Part shown: positions 23,953 through 32,261 of the stretch, in pieces
Layout of the letters: each line of letters opens with the position of its first letter
Numbering within the stretch: position 1 is the first letter of the stretch
Virus record (IMG/VR): IMGVR_UViG_3300025087_000234
Span: 1 to 32,261 of that record
Origin: a virus
Taxonomy: Duplodnaviria > Caudoviricetes
Strand: one strand, 5' to 3'
Length of the DNA stretch: 32,261 nucleotides
Position numbers and translations under genes: made by a program
Notes under the pieces: model-generated
Database searches by the model: none
The model's input: the letters and a program-made list of their open reading frames with translations, nothing else
What the model was told of the DNA's origin: nothing

Positions 23953-23982
23953 TTTAGTGGAATTAATTAATTAGATACCCCA

Positions 23983-24008
23983 AGGGGGCAGATTTTCATC
24001 TACCCCCT
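23983..24008 (-). promoter_or_regulatory. GAAA-tetraloop hairpin after the capsid gene
   Basis: AGGGGGTAGAT-GAAA-ATCTGCCCCCT; no U-tract. Confidence 0.75.
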
Positions 24009-24018
24009 CAGTATGCGT

Positions 24019-25107
24019 TTATAACTTGAAGAAACCCTCTGCAAGCGCTTTGCGCCGTCTGTCGATTACCTTGGCTCCGTAGCAATTCAAACCTTTGTAT
24101 GCTTTGCCGAAGTTCCCTTGCAGGTCTTCTACGCCAGTTTCTACAAAAGCCATTGCGAAGCAGATTGCCGACTTGTGGCCTGCCATACAGTGGTAGCCGT
24201 TAGTTCCGTCACCAGATACTTCCTCGTTCTCGTAGACATTGAAGCCTGCGAGTCTGCCCATAAAGCCGTTTGCTACGACATCATCGCCCTTTTGAGTGGC
24301 GTGGACAAGCTCGGTGCATGTGTCTACTACTCCAGCAATATCAGCTGGGATTACCAACCATCGGTCTGCCTTTGGGGTTTTAGTTTTATTCAACTTAGTC
24401 CTCAAAGCTACGATTTTGGTGTATACGGTTGAAGCTGTTACCTGAACGGCTGTGTTTGCTTCAATTACGTATGTGGCTCCGCCTGCGATTGCTCCGCCAG
24501 TGTATGCGCTGGTGTCGTCATCGCTGTCATCCTCGATCACAATTGCAGTCGTGGATGAATATGTTTTGACACGATACCATGCTGTGTGGCCAAGAGCTTT
24601 GAACCCTTTGCCAACCATACCTGATGCAAAAGTTGTACCAGAGCCTGTGACTGCGCCAGTGGTTACGTCTACAGTGACTGTTCCAGTGGTGTAGTCTGTG
24701 CCGACTCTGTTGCCTGCGCCGACATCCCCATAAAGTCCGAGGACATAAGCGTCAACTGCTTCTTGCAATTCGCCTGCTTTTTGTTTGATTAAATCACTAT
24801 CGACATCTTCCGCATAGGATTTAAATTTATCCCAGCTTTTGATACCAAAATAATAAGCCTTTTTCTGGCTTACGGTCAGAACGCCTTCGCTTTCTGTCGC
24901 ATTGCCTAGGGTAAGGTCAGCACCTGTGTATGTTTGAAGACCTTGGTCTTCCGCTACGGAGAGAATGTTCAGTCTGTCTGCACCACCGCCTTTGATTTCA
25001 CCCTCGTAGTTGTCATTCGTGATCATCGGAGCTACGGCTGTTTCAAAAAACTTGGTGATAACATTACTGGCAAACTTCTCGCCGACATTGGTTGAGAAAC
25101 TGCTCAT
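24019..25107 (-). CDS. Major capsid protein (HK97 fold, P22 coat-like)
   Basis: NDNYEGEI..G.DRL.I, P..DRWLVI, G..GRLAGF.VYE, KGL..YGAKV; follows the scaffold gene. Confidence 0.9.
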   Translation of the reverse strand: MSSFSTNVGEKFASNVITKFFETAVAPMITNDNYEGEIKGGGADRLNILSVAEDQGLQTYTGADLTLGNATESEGVLTVSQKKAYYFGIKSWDKFKSYAEDVDSDLIKQKAGELQEAVDAYVLGLYGDVGAGNRVGTDYTTGTVTVDVTTGAVTGSGTTFASGMVGKGFKALGHTAWYRVKTYSSTTAIVIEDDSDDDTSAYTGGAIAGGATYVIEANTAVQVTASTVYTKIVALRTKLNKTKTPKADRWLVIPADIAGVVDTCTELVHATQKGDDVVANGFMGRLAGFNVYENEEVSGDGTNGYHCMAGHKSAICFAMAFVETGVEDLQGNFGKAYKGLNCYGAKVIDRRRKALAEGFFKL

Positions 25108-25158
25108 ATGTGTATTGTTATTTATTTAATTAAGTTTTCGAACAATACACGAGATGAT

Positions 25159-25908
25159 TTACTCTTTGATGTTAAGCTTGCCCTCTCTTGCGAGTCTGGC
25201 ATACTTTCTCGGGTCTTCTTTCCGAATCTTCTCTACCTCGTCAGCGGTGTATCCGCCTTTTGGGGTTTGAGGAGTTCGGTCACCGCCTGAGCCTGAATCA
25301 AGTCCGCTCCGCCCAGCATCTGGGTTGTCGTCTTTATTCTGCTCTGTTGGTTTGACTCCGATTAAGTTCTTATCAACTAAGAATGATTTTGACAAAATCG
25401 ATAATGGAACATTCAAGTTTTCCTGTTTGTAGGCATATTCTCTAAATTCTCGCTTGTGCTTCTTAATAATTGCGAATTCGGGTTCAGATGTGACTTTTTT
25501 AAAAGTATGTTCGAATTCACGTTCATCAACAATCTCAGCGACTTGAGCTTTCACCTTTTCGAGGTCTTGCTTTAATGATCCCACCGACATAGATATTGAA
25601 CGCCTCTGGTCGAGAGTTAAAATATCCCAGTCTGGTATCGTTTTTGACAATTCATCTTCAGTGTTTTGTTCTTTTTTTGTTTTTAAGGTTTCGTTTTCCT
25701 CTTTGAGCTTCTTTTCGCTCGCCACCAATGCTTCCACGCCCCTTGTGGACTCTGCAAATTTTACTTTGTAGTATTCTGCTCGTTCCTCTGGGTGTAATGG
25801 CACATCATTGGTATCTTTTTTGCCACGCATTTCTGCGTACATATCCGTTGGCGGAATGGTTGGGTTTTCACCGTCATTTTTGCCAGTTTGGACATTTTCA
25901 TTTGGCAT
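25159..25908 (-). CDS. Capsid scaffolding protein
   Basis: Charged coiled coil, Gly/Ser linker and terminal helix; directly upstream of the capsid gene. Confidence 0.7.
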   Translation of the reverse strand: MPNENVQTGKNDGENPTIPPTDMYAEMRGKKDTNDVPLHPEERAEYYKVKFAESTRGVEALVASEKKLKEENETLKTKKEQNTEDELSKTIPDWDILTLDQRRSISMSVGSLKQDLEKVKAQVAEIVDEREFEHTFKKVTSEPEFAIIKKHKREFREYAYKQENLNVPLSILSKSFLVDKNLIGVKPTEQNKDDNPDAGRSGLDSGSGGDRTPQTPKGGYTADEVEKIRKEDPRKYARLAREGKLNIKE

Positions 25909-25973
25909 ACTGTTGTTTTTTGCCGTTCCTCGATTTGTGGTCGCAAGAGTTTGGCTATTAAAATTGTTTAACT

Positions 25974-26342
25974 TTATTCTTCGTCTTCGTTCTCGTCTTC
26001 ATCTTCCAGTTCGCCATTGTCATCGGCTTTCAAAATATCTACGAGGTCGGCTTTCTTTGCCTTTGGGTCAATCTCTATATCCCTTTCCTCGCACATCTTT
26101 TTTAGCTCTGGCACGGTCATCGCTTCGTATTCGTTGTCTGTATCACCATCGCCATTGTCATCGGCTATCGCTTCGGCTCCCTTGATGTCCAAGCGCTCCA
26201 ATGTTTCTTTGTTCAAATAGTCACGGCGTGCGACTAAATGAGCTCTTTCTGCAGGGGTCAAAGCTCCTGCGCTTTTCGCTAATAGCTCAGTCATATAATT
26301 CTGGTCTTTCAGCGAAAGCTCTACTAATGCTTTTTCGTTCAT
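25974..26342 (-). CDS. SAP/HeH-LEM-like domain protein with acidic tail
   Basis: YEAMTVPELKKMCEERDI....AKKADLVDIL. Confidence 0.75.
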   Translation of the reverse strand: MNEKALVELSLKDQNYMTELLAKSAGALTPAERAHLVARRDYLNKETLERLDIKGAEAIADDNGDGDTDNEYEAMTVPELKKMCEERDIEIDPKAKKADLVDILKADDNGELEDEDENEDEE

Positions 26343-26348
26343 ATTTTT

Positions 26349-26696
26349 TTAATTATTATTTATAAGCTTTCTGATATATTTTTCGAGCTTTTGCTTATTG
26401 CGCTCTGGCTCGTCTATAAAAGCAATTAATGTTCTATAATTTTTTAAGCGACCTTTGACTTCGATGTTGCGTTTCCACTCAAACAAATATGTGAATGGAT
26501 TTCTGTCTTCGGTTTCTAACCACTCAGTTTCAAGTCTGATAATTTCCGCCTGTAAGAATTTCTTAATGTCTTCCGTTTTGATTTCCTTTTCAAAGATTTT
26601 CATCCATAATTCATATTTCGCTTTCTCGTGTGGCTTCAATTCCTTTTCGCTTTTTATGCCTCGTTTTTCAAGGAGGCTTGATATTGCGTTATGCAT
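26349..26696 (-). CDS. Hypothetical helical protein, head module
   Basis: 115 aa ORF between portal and scaffold. Confidence 0.7.
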   Translation of the reverse strand: MHNAISSLLEKRGIKSEKELKPHEKAKYELWMKIFEKEIKTEDIKKFLQAEIIRLETEWLETEDRNPFTYLFEWKRNIEVKGRLKNYRTLIAFIDEPERNKQKLEKYIRKLINNN

Positions 26697-26699
26697 ATT

Positions 26700-27419
26700 T
26701 TATAATCCAGTTTCAAATAGCCTGTACCAAGCTTTTACTCTGCCAACACCGTCACCAGTTATTGGGTTGGCCGAAGCCTTAATGACTAACGGCTGGTTAT
26801 CCATACCGAGTAATGCGACATCGGTTACTATCGGTTTTATGGTAGTAATTTTGTCAGCTACGCTTCCTGTAATAAAAGGACTGGTTACTGTGGTACTGAC
26901 TGTCGTGCCTGATCCGTCTGTTTTGTATCTCACGGTTACATTGTGCGCTGTGGCAAAGTCTGCAGTTCCGACATCGTGGATAATTATACCGCCAAGGAAT
27001 TCGGCAATCACTCCTGCGCCGTATGCTGGTGCTATCTCAATGCCAGTTGTGGCCAAAGCTTTTATCTGTGCATTGGTCAATGCGATTTCTTTAAAATAAA
27101 CGTCATCCGCTATGGTAAAAAGACAAGATGTTTCATCGCCTTTGTTTTCGTATTTGCATGCGACACCAGATGTGGCATTTTCCTTAATAAAAACGCACCC
27201 TTTCGCAAATCCTGTTTCGCCATCGGTCGGGACTGTCTGGCCTGCGCACACCAAGATGTTGCCCTCTGAATCCTCTTGCTCGAGTCTGTTTGTCAGATAT
27301 GGAGCCAGCGAGGTCAAAAGTCCTGCTTCGGCTGTTGTTCTTAAACCAGAATCAATCGCCTGAATGCGATCTATTTCCTGTCTTGTTTTTGAGTCTAATT
27401 GTGATTTTAATAAAAACAT
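26700..27419 (-). CDS. Putative head decoration/structural protein
   Basis: G.TVP.D...GFAKGC.F motif and beta-rich C-terminal domain. Confidence 0.5.
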   Translation of the reverse strand: MFLLKSQLDSKTRQEIDRIQAIDSGLRTTAEAGLLTSLAPYLTNRLEQEDSEGNILVCAGQTVPTDGETGFAKGCVFIKENATSGVACKYENKGDETSCLFTIADDVYFKEIALTNAQIKALATTGIEIAPAYGAGVIAEFLGGIIIHDVGTADFATAHNVTVRYKTDGSGTTVSTTVTSPFITGSVADKITTIKPIVTDVALLGMDNQPLVIKASANPITGDGVGRVKAWYRLFETGL

Positions 27420-27437
27420 ATTTTTTTATTTAAAGTA

Positions 27438-29219
27438 TTAAGCGTTTATCATTGCCTCTTGGCCACCCATTGGAATTTCCATCGGCGCTGTTTGCGCTCC
27501 GCCACCTGCCATCATTCCGCCCATTTCTTGGCTCCCTGCGCCCATCTGTGCGGACTGTGCTACGATCCTTTCTTCCTCCTCGATAATCTCGTCTATTTCC
27601 TCAGGGTTTAGGCTCACAATTTTCAGCGCTCGTTTCTGGATGGCCTTGCGAAGCTTTCCGTTATTCGGGAATTCATTTTTGATGGCCAGTAATGAATTCA
27701 GGTCTGATATTTGATTTTGTTCTTTCTGCGCCTTACTCTCAACTATAACTTTGTATCCGCCCTTGTTTTTAATATCTTTCATCGAGATGGTTTTTGGAAC
27801 ATACTTTCCGTTCGGCGCTTTCTTGTGCAGGGTTTCTTTCATGTCGCCCATGTTTGCCAAGGTTATGGCCAGCCATTTCTCAACAAATCTCTGCCAGCTC
27901 AAATTGAAGTATGGCGACATTTCGTTTATGCGTTCGTTCGCTTTCCCGACTGCTATTTTTATTTCGCCAAGGGTTTTTTGTGCGCTCGATATTGCGCCTT
28001 TTTCTACGTCTGTCGAGGCGGTTTCTTTTTCAGCGATATTTATTAAAAATTGAATATCATTCGGCGTGCTATCTAGGTTTGGAATTTCTACTCTCTGGTA
28101 AACTTCATTCGGTTTCCCAGGCAATGGATACCATCCGCCTGCTCTTGGCTCTAGTGCTTCGGGTTCAAACCCCTCGATTGTTGCATCGTAGAAGTTCATG
28201 CCGAAATTACGCAATGTTCTGTTTTCAAAAAACTGAGAATACCAAGTATTTACCATTTGGTTTGGTGTCCGTAGAATGTCCGCTATTGAATCTGGATAGC
28301 TGTCAGTTACTTCCAAATCATCACCGCACCAGCGTTCGAATGGGTAGAATTCTACGCCTAGCACCTCTTTCAGCGGTTTTGCCATTAAAAGTACTTTGTC
28401 ATCTGCATAAACGCATAAATACCGAACGTATTCCTTTGCTACGGCATCCCAAATTCTGGTTATGTGGTTGCTTAAATGAACGATTATGTCGCTTCCTGCG
28501 ATCGTATCTTCAATTTCCTCAACACCGAGGGATGTCATGCGGTCGTTTCTGGCGCTTATTTCGTCGCTATATTTCTCAGTTAAGTTTATGCCCACCGTAC
28601 TTGTCGGCTGTTCAGATTTTTTGCCTGTTGTTTCATTTCCTGCCAGTTCTTCACGCCAATCCCTTAATTCCTGCTTGCCCTCGTCTTCATATTTGCCGTC
28701 TGCGAGGATTTCCTCGATTGAGCGGTATATTCCGCCCTCGATGATGTATCTCGCTGTTTCAAGGTCATACGGCTTCATTTTCGGGTCATGTAGCATGTCG
28801 TAGGTGTCTTTTACCTCAGAACAAAAAGCCTTGTCTTTCCAGTTCAATTTCTTCCAGCTTGCACCAAACAATAAAACTTGTCTTTTGTCAACTTTATCAA
28901 GAATTCCAAGGCTTATTTTGTTGGCCGTGTCATCCCACTTTTCGTTGACTATAATTTCTCGGTCTAGGTCGCCGTCTTTATCTTCGATGGTTATCTCTGG
29001 TTCATCACCTATCCTGCTCATATAGGTCTTCACGGAGCCTTTCAGGAGTGGAACACAAGCGTCTTGGCGCTGGGTCAGCCTATCAATATCAACCTGCAAA
29101 CGATAAAGTTTATAATTCGTATCCCAGTCAGCATGTTTCCGCATGCGATATTCGTACGCTTTCTTTTTTTCCTCGAGTAATTTTTCTAGCAGGAGTTCCC
29201 TGTCTATTTTTATTGCCAT
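27438..29219 (-). CDS. Portal protein (P22-like)
   Basis: 593 aa directly after TerL; LLFGASWKK, YPF..SIAD.L..PN, KTLGEI; Met/Gly-rich tail. Confidence 0.85.
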   Translation of the reverse strand: MAIKIDRELLLEKLLEEKKKAYEYRMRKHADWDTNYKLYRLQVDIDRLTQRQDACVPLLKGSVKTYMSRIGDEPEITIEDKDGDLDREIIVNEKWDDTANKISLGILDKVDKRQVLLFGASWKKLNWKDKAFCSEVKDTYDMLHDPKMKPYDLETARYIIEGGIYRSIEEILADGKYEDEGKQELRDWREELAGNETTGKKSEQPTSTVGINLTEKYSDEISARNDRMTSLGVEEIEDTIAGSDIIVHLSNHITRIWDAVAKEYVRYLCVYADDKVLLMAKPLKEVLGVEFYPFERWCGDDLEVTDSYPDSIADILRTPNQMVNTWYSQFFENRTLRNFGMNFYDATIEGFEPEALEPRAGGWYPLPGKPNEVYQRVEIPNLDSTPNDIQFLINIAEKETASTDVEKGAISSAQKTLGEIKIAVGKANERINEMSPYFNLSWQRFVEKWLAITLANMGDMKETLHKKAPNGKYVPKTISMKDIKNKGGYKVIVESKAQKEQNQISDLNSLLAIKNEFPNNGKLRKAIQKRALKIVSLNPEEIDEIIEEEERIVAQSAQMGAGSQEMGGMMAGGGAQTAPMEIPMGGQEAMINA

Positions 29220-29249
29220 ATTTTTGAGTCCGTTTTTAATCTTAAATTA

Positions 29250-29278
29250 ATTATAGCATATTCTGGCAGTTTGCACAA
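29250..29278 (-). promoter_or_regulatory. Promoter for the head operon
   Basis: TTGTGC-N17-TATAAT with TG extension. Confidence 0.65.
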
Positions 29279-29281
29279 TAA

Positions 29282-30721
29282 TTAAAATCTTGATTTTATC
29301 CCACCTTTCACGCTGGGCATGTTAAACATTCTTTTTACTGGCGTGAACGTCATGCTTAGGCAATCGGCCACGCCGATATCTGATATGTTGTATGGCTCTT
29401 TCCCGAGTTCCTCTTTGCTTATAATCTGAATTTTGCCTTTTGTGGTTTTGTATTTAACCGCAAGCAATTGGCTCCACCGATCATCTCGTATGAGCTTGTT
29501 TCCGAGCTCCAGCCACAGCTTGCTTTGCCAATAAACGTACGCACGCATATTCAGATACAATTCTCTTTCGTGCTGTAAAATTGATGATGGCAATTTCTCG
29601 GCTCCATTAAAACCTACGGTCTTTTTCTTCGTAGTCATCTGCTGGGTAAGCAAGTGATATGTTCCGCTCCCCACCCCTACTCGGTCAATAAACGCATTCT
29701 GTACATCGTACGATCGGACTGCCACCTCGCCTGCAAATGTTATCGGGTCTATGCCTGATTTTCCGAATAGCACCTCGGCCACGTTCTCAAACTTGCGGAC
29801 TATGTTCGATTCGCACTTTCCTGAGTCAGCTGGGTCGCACCCGAGCCTTGGCGCTCCCCATGGCGCTATCTTATCCCTTTCTATTTGTGCCATTTCTACC
29901 AGCCTATGGGTAAATAATGGCAGGTATCCCTTTTCGTCATAGTCTTCCACGTCTGGGAATATGTTTGCGTACAAAATATCAAAGTTCGGGTTCTTTCTCA
30001 CCTCCTCGACAAACGCTTCAGTCAAACGGCCGTCAATCATTCCCTGTTTATAATCTATGTTTATTTTAAAATAACCGACATCGGAAAACGCTCGCTTGAA
30101 ATGATTGTTATTGAACGGGTTCCCGACTTTCATGTAGAAGTTATCCATGTGGTCGCCCAACATGCGGAAAATCTTTGACTGGGTCGTGTCATTTATCAAG
30201 GCGCTCTCATCCTCAATAACGTTGGCGCAACCTTGCCCCATCACCGCCGTTCCGTCTTTGCCTGCTCCGTATGCTCGGACTTCACCGCCGAATTTGTATG
30301 TCAGGTGATCTCTTTTTCTGCGCTGGGTCAGGCGCTCTATTCTGATTTCTTTTTCGTTCACCAGCTGGCCACGCAACATCGGGTCGTTTACGCTGAATTG
30401 GATTACGTAGTCCATTATAATTTGCGCTTGGTCTTTTGTTCCTGCTACAACCGCCCACGGCTCGTGCTTTGTCGAGGAGCGGACTGATACACCGATTGCT
30501 ATCGCAATGCTCTTTCCGTATCGAGTATGCGCCATCGTGTGAATACGCTTTATTGTTTCGATGTCTATCGGAGCCTTACGGCCGAGTATGCACTCAATAA
30601 TTATTTTCTGGCCGTGGGTTATCGTTTCATTTAAAATAATACCCTCTTTGGTTTTGAAGGTATATATTTTAAGTATTTTATCCGTTAACGGAGTTTTGAT
30701 TTCTGATAATGGTATCTGCAT
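29282..30721 (-). CDS. terL: Terminase large subunit
   Basis: Walker A TRYGKS, Walker B VIEDES, VGNP, RNase H-like LGCDPA..IDRVGVG..ADCLSMTF. Confidence 0.92.
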   Translation of the reverse strand: MQIPLSEIKTPLTDKILKIYTFKTKEGIILNETITHGQKIIIECILGRKAPIDIETIKRIHTMAHTRYGKSIAIAIGVSVRSSTKHEPWAVVAGTKDQAQIIMDYVIQFSVNDPMLRGQLVNEKEIRIERLTQRRKRDHLTYKFGGEVRAYGAGKDGTAVMGQGCANVIEDESALINDTTQSKIFRMLGDHMDNFYMKVGNPFNNNHFKRAFSDVGYFKINIDYKQGMIDGRLTEAFVEEVRKNPNFDILYANIFPDVEDYDEKGYLPLFTHRLVEMAQIERDKIAPWGAPRLGCDPADSGKCESNIVRKFENVAEVLFGKSGIDPITFAGEVAVRSYDVQNAFIDRVGVGSGTYHLLTQQMTTKKKTVGFNGAEKLPSSILQHERELYLNMRAYVYWQSKLWLELGNKLIRDDRWSQLLAVKYKTTKGKIQIISKEELGKEPYNISDIGVADCLSMTFTPVKRMFNMPSVKGGIKSRF

Positions 30722-30723
30722 TT

Positions 30724-31197
30724 TTATTCATCTTTTTTTTGAGCTTCGTTTTCTTTTTTGGCTTCATCCCAGTCCTTGGTCTGGAACGCCTGCGGTTTAA
30801 TATCACGCAAATTAACTTTCGGATATATGCCTTTGTCATTCACGTCTATAATCGCCTCAAATTCAATCATGTGTTTTTTCTTCAGTTCGTCATACTCAGC
30901 TAAAAACGGTTTGACTAGCTCGCCGATTTTTTCCTTGTCCGCTTGTATCTTCTCTGGCTTACCCTCGTATTCCGCTGGCACTCTTAAAAACAAAACATCC
31001 AAGATGGCGACTTGGCCTCTTGGCGTATAATTAAAATAAGCGTCAAGCTTTAGGTTGTGCTTTTCGCATAGTTCTTGGTACTCTTTCAAAAATCCGTTTA
31101 TCTTGTCTTTACGTTCCTGTTGTCTGCGTGTTGGTTTCGGCGGTCTTCGGAAGCCGTCAGGTATTTGTATGGATATTCCTTTTGCTTTTTTTGACAT
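30724..31197 (-). CDS. Hypothetical protein with an internal domain duplication
   Basis: FLKEYQELCEKHNLKLDA and FLAEYDELKKKHMIEFEA. Confidence 0.7.
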   Translation of the reverse strand: MSKKAKGISIQIPDGFRRPPKPTRRQQERKDKINGFLKEYQELCEKHNLKLDAYFNYTPRGQVAILDVLFLRVPAEYEGKPEKIQADKEKIGELVKPFLAEYDELKKKHMIEFEAIIDVNDKGIYPKVNLRDIKPQAFQTKDWDEAKKENEAQKKDE

Positions 31198-31330
31198 ATT
31201 TGTTTATCTTAAATTTTTTAAATCCTGTTTTTCCTTTTACTCGTTTCAGGTGCGGACAGCCTCGGAGCGTACAATATTCAATCGCTTTGCCGTTCTGGAC
31301 TTTGCTTTGTTTTTTTAAACAATAAAACAT
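31157..31330 (-). CDS. Small basic Cys-containing protein (57 aa)
   Basis: Hand translation MFYCLKKQ..YCTLRGCPHL. Confidence 0.45.
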   Translation of the reverse strand: MFYCLKKQSKVQNGKAIEYCTLRGCPHLKRVKGKTGFKKFKINKYVKKSKRNIHTNT

Positions 31331-31331
31331 T

Positions 31332-31832
31332 TTAATCTGGGAGGATTTTGCTGACCTTGTCGAGCGCTTTCCTCAGCTCATCGTCTACGGCTATCTCGGT
31401 CTTGTCTTTTAAGTCCTCGGTATAATTTAAAAACACTTTTACATCGGCTCCGCTTCCCTCTTTCAAGCATTTTCTTTTCAGGGAAAGAATAACATCGCCC
31501 GAGTCATCTTTGAAGTATGTCCGTCTGCGCCTTTGCACCTCGTCATAAAAACCCGATCGCTTTTTCCAGTCAGTCAGCGTTGCTGGATCAATTTTTTGTT
31601 TTTTTGCAAATTCCTCCTGTGTTGCTGGCTCCCTCATCACACTCGGCATTGCTATCCACGTTATGTAATCGTCAAGTATTGATACATTCCTTTCCCTTAC
31701 GTCAAATAAGCCGTCTTTGGTCTTTGTTTTTTCGCAGGTGTTTTCTGGTGTTTCTTTTTTTATCTCCGCTTTCCTTGCCTCTGGCTTCTTCTTTCGCTTT
31801 AACCCTTTTAATTTTAATTTTGTTTTAGTCAT
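31332..31832 (-). CDS. Terminase small subunit-like HTH protein
   Basis: TQEEFAKKQKIDPATLTDWKK helix-turn-helix upstream of terL. Confidence 0.7.
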   Translation of the reverse strand: MTKTKLKLKGLKRKKKPEARKAEIKKETPENTCEKTKTKDGLFDVRERNVSILDDYITWIAMPSVMREPATQEEFAKKQKIDPATLTDWKKRSGFYDEVQRRRRTYFKDDSGDVILSLKRKCLKEGSGADVKVFLNYTEDLKDKTEIAVDDELRKALDKVSKILPD

Positions 31833-31844
31833 AATGATATTATA

Positions 31845-32078
31845 TCATTTAATTGCCTTTTTGTCTATGTTCGCTATTTTCAATTCTTTTATCATTTCTT
31901 TTATGCTCGCTAGTACCCACTCGTAGTATTCCACGGCTTGCTCTGGGTGTCGCCAGCAATGTGCTTCCTCAACCCATATCGGCCGATAGTTTAAGTGGTC
32001 GCACTCCTCATTTACTTTAATCGTTATGGACTCATCCTCAAACGTGAAGTAATATTCTGTCTGTGTTTTTTTCAACAT
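31845..32078 (-). CDS. Hypothetical protein
   Basis: 77 aa ORF in operon spacing. Confidence 0.6.
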   Translation of the reverse strand: MLKKTQTEYYFTFEDESITIKVNEECDHLNYRPIWVEEAHCWRHPEQAVEYYEWVLASIKEMIKELKIANIDKKAIK

Positions 32079-32091
32079 ATTTTTTTAATTA

Positions 32092-32220
32092 TTATTCATC
32101 CCAGCTGTCATTGCTCTTTCGATAGTGCTGGTCTTCGTACCCATCCCACTCATCCCACGTTTTGCCCCACCAAAACCACGCCACGATAAGTATTGTTATT
32201 ATGCCTCCGATTATTGCCAT
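32092..32220 (-). CDS. Small membrane peptide (42 aa)
   Basis: MAIIGGIITILIVAWFWWGKTWDEWDG.. Confidence 0.5.
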   Translation of the reverse strand: MAIIGGIITILIVAWFWWGKTWDEWDGYEDQHYRKSNDSWDE

Positions 32221-32261
32221 ATAGTTGTTATTCAAATAATTTTTTAAAAAATGATTTTTTC

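Larger units (their letters stand above)
1..32261 (-). mobile_element. Tailed bacteriophage genome (podovirus/P22-like), near complete
   Basis: Co-oriented terminase, portal, scaffold, capsid, adaptor, ejection, lysis and replication/recombination genes, densely packed; no cellular housekeeping genes. Confidence 0.95.

Noticed and set aside
194-32189. Numerous plus-strand ORFs in the six-frame track (e.g. 830-1618, 9174-9881, 17800-18675, 27911-28744)
   Set aside because: They are antisense shadows of well-supported minus-strand genes, with Ser/Phe/Leu-rich composition and no motifs

Overview
This looks like a near-complete or complete ~32.3 kb tailed phage genome (Caudoviricetes, podovirus/P22-like head and ejection module), with every credible gene on the minus strand. 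In transcription order (right to left): small and large terminase, portal, head accessory genes, scaffold, major capsid protein, tail/fibre genes, adaptor, two large DNA-ejection proteins (one carrying an ADP-ribosyltransferase-like domain), an island of small Cys-rich genes, M23 endolysin and holin, terminator, HNH endonuclease, early operon (SprT, 3D-domain protein), recombination/replication genes, a histone H1-like peptide, a degenerate tRNA-Trp and a ParB-DNA methyltransferase. I found no integrase, DNA polymerase or CRISPR array. Nearly all start codons I checked have A/T-rich upstream sequence with no Shine-Dalgarno (SD), which together with the 3D-domain gene suggests an SD-poor host such as Patescibacteria/CPR (inference). 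The most unusual signals are: (1) a ~1 kb island where all five starts have strong SD sites; (2) two near-identical promoters sharing a palindromic operator; (3) a C4/CI-like structured leader before the replication gene; (4) a probable injected ART domain; (5) an N-terminal motif shared by two head-region proteins; (6) a repeat-bearing fibre gene next to a collar-fibre-like subunit; (7) a permuted RecU-like nuclease. All functional calls come from motif recognition only; no searches were run.
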